Shown here in pieces: positions 14,273 to 15,654 of a stretch of 15,654 nucleotides of DNA (the stretch's first letter is position 1; every line of letters starts with the position of its first letter). Below the pieces are notes generated by a model. That model ran no database searches. It was given only the letters and a program-made list of their open reading frames with translations, and had not been told where the DNA came from. The stretch covers positions 1-15,654 of the forward strand of contig JAYVCD010000230.1 of the NCBI GenBank assembly GCA_043750125.1, read 5' to 3'. The position numbers and the translations under genes were made by a program. This DNA is from Archangiaceae bacterium (lineage in GTDB: Bacteria > Myxococcota > Myxococcia > Myxococcales > Myxococcaceae).

Positions 14273-15415
14273 GTGCCTGTCCCCTCGCGTCGTGCTGCAG
14301 CGATCCGACCTTCGGTTCTGCGCAGGCTTTTCGATTCTCGCAGTCCGACCTCGATAAATCTGGGAACCGGCGAGCCTTCAGTGCCCGTTTCGAACGCGCT
14401 GCTCGACGCGGGCATCGCCAGCTATCGCGAGAAGAGAACCGGTTACACGCTCAACTCCGGAATGATGGAGCTGCGCGAGAAAGTCGTTCGCTATCACCAG
14501 ACGCCCCACTACCCGACGACGAAGAACGTGGTCGTCACCATCGGAGCGACCGGCGGCCTGTTCGCCGCGCTGATGGCAGTCGGCGACCCCGGAGACGAGA
14601 TCCTCTATTTCGATCCGTCCTTCACCAACTACCCGACGGCGATGACCCTGGCCGGGCTGGTGCCGAAGCCGATTCGCCTCGAACGCGATCGTTCGTGGGC
14701 CCTCGATCTGGACGCAGTGGCCGCCGCGATCACCCCTCGAACCCGCGCGTTGCTCCTCAATTCCCCTTCGAATCCCACCGGAAGAATCGACAGCGCGGCC
14801 GAGCTGAAGGCGCTGGTCGAGCTCACCGAACGTTCGGGAATCTGGTTGATCAGCGACGAGGTCTACCGGGACATCTATTTCACCCCGAGCGCGCCTCCTT
14901 CGGTCGGAACGTTGACCGACCGGGCGATCGTGATTCGAGCCTTGTCCAAGAGCGCGTCGATGACCGGCTTCCGGGTCGGGTATGTGCTGGCCCCAGATGC
15001 GATCGCGACCGCCGTCGCTGCGGTGCACCAGTTCAACGTCACCTGTGCGCCCACGCTCTCGCAGCACCTGGCCCTGGTCGCGATGGGTGACCCCGAGCGC
15101 TACCTCACCGAGCTGTTGCCCGCCTTCAAGCGACAGCGCGCTGCGATGGTCGAGGCGGTCGACCGTGACCTCGGCATGCCCTTCGCCTCGCCGCAGGGAG
15201 GCTTCTTCATTTTCCTCGACGTGCGTTCCCTCGGGATGAAGTCCCTCGAGCTCTCAGAGCGCTTGCTGAGCGAGGCCGACGTGGTGACGGTTCCCGGTAT
15301 TGCATTCGGAGAAAACGGAGAAGGGTTCCTTCGGCTCTCGTTCGTGGCTTCCGAAGCGGACATTGCCGAGGGCATCGGGCGGATCAAATCGTTCGTCCAG
15401 AAGCTGAGGGCCTGA
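14273..15415 (+). CDS. PLP-dependent aminotransferase class I/II (aspartate aminotransferase Ib-like)
   Basis: 'INLGTGEP', 'GYT...G..ELRE', 'VVVTIGA', 'LLNSPSNPTG', 'ISDEVY', PLP-lysine motif 'LSKSASMTGFRVGY', 'PQGGFF', 'VPGIAFG...GFLRLSF'. Confidence 0.96.
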   Translation: MPVPSRRAAAIRPSVLRRLFDSRSPTSINLGTGEPSVPVSNALLDAGIASYREKRTGYTLNSGMMELREKVVRYHQTPHYPTTKNVVVTIGATGGLFAALMAVGDPGDEILYFDPSFTNYPTAMTLAGLVPKPIRLERDRSWALDLDAVAAAITPRTRALLLNSPSNPTGRIDSAAELKALVELTERSGIWLISDEVYRDIYFTPSAPPSVGTLTDRAIVIRALSKSASMTGFRVGYVLAPDAIATAVAAVHQFNVTCAPTLSQHLALVAMGDPERYLTELLPAFKRQRAAMVEAVDRDLGMPFASPQGGFFIFLDVRSLGMKSLELSERLLSEADVVTVPGIAFGENGEGFLRLSFVASEADIAEGIGRIKSFVQKLRA

Positions 15416-15417
15416 CC

Positions 15418-15654
15418 ATGAAACTTCGGTGCCGCCTGAAATCGCCGCGGGTGCGCAAGGTGCTGGTGGTCGCCCACGAGACGGGTCTCATCAATCGCCT
15501 CGAGCTGGCGATCACCCCCAAAAGCCCGCAGTCCGGCCTGACCCGGGACAACCCACTCGATCAGATTCCGACTCTCGTCACCGACGACGGGACGGCAATC
15601 TTCGACTCGGTCGTCATCTGCGAATATTTGGATAGTCTTTGGGCAGGCCCCAAA
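15418..15654 (+). CDS. Glutathione S-transferase family protein (N-terminal thioredoxin-like domain; runs off the window end)
   Basis: Not in the ORF track. My translation is MKLRCRLKSPRVRKVLVVAHETGL...DNPLDQIPTLVTDDGTAIFDSVVICEYLDSL..., carrying the GST-N motifs SPxxRKV, NPL..IP.L and DS.VICEYLD. ATG is 2 nt after the aminotransferase stop. Confidence 0.92.
   Translation, partial: MKLRCRLKSPRVRKVLVVAHETGLINRLELAITPKSPQSGLTRDNPLDQIPTLVTDDGTAIFDSVVICEYLDSLWAGPK

Noticed and set aside
15429-15635. 68-aa ORF from the track
   Set aside because: Wrong frame; the frame starting at ATG 15418 encodes clear GST motifs.

Overview
GC-rich bacterial window, with a gene content that suggests Myxococcota/deltaproteobacteria (inference only). 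It holds about 16 genes in four blocks. (1) 1-5624: a MacB/FtsX-type ABC transporter whose ATPase gene is separated from its two permease genes by three amino-acid-modifying enzymes: a RapL/PipA-type lysine cyclodeaminase, a TauD/clavaminate-synthase-like Fe(II)/2-oxoglutarate dioxygenase, and a divergently transcribed, strongly remodelled tryptophanase/tyrosine phenol-lyase-like PLP enzyme. This is the best candidate for an undescribed system, possibly making and exporting a pipecolate-derived or other non-proteinogenic amino acid. (2) 5731-10889: a 21-bp tandem repeat, then a tightly coupled operon of beta-propeller lipoprotein, Pol-beta-type nucleotidyltransferase and lutABC (lldEFG). (3) 10892-14113, minus strand: YncE-type beta-propeller lipoprotein, TsdA-like di-heme cytochrome c lipoprotein and an amidohydrolase. 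(4) 14273-end: class I/II aminotransferase and a partial glutathione S-transferase. The divergent region between blocks 3 and 4 is strikingly symmetric, with a central 22-bp direct repeat and two apparently leaderless GTG starts. No rRNA, tRNA, CRISPR array or mobile element was seen. All family assignments come from motif recognition by eye and remembered reference sequences, not database searches.
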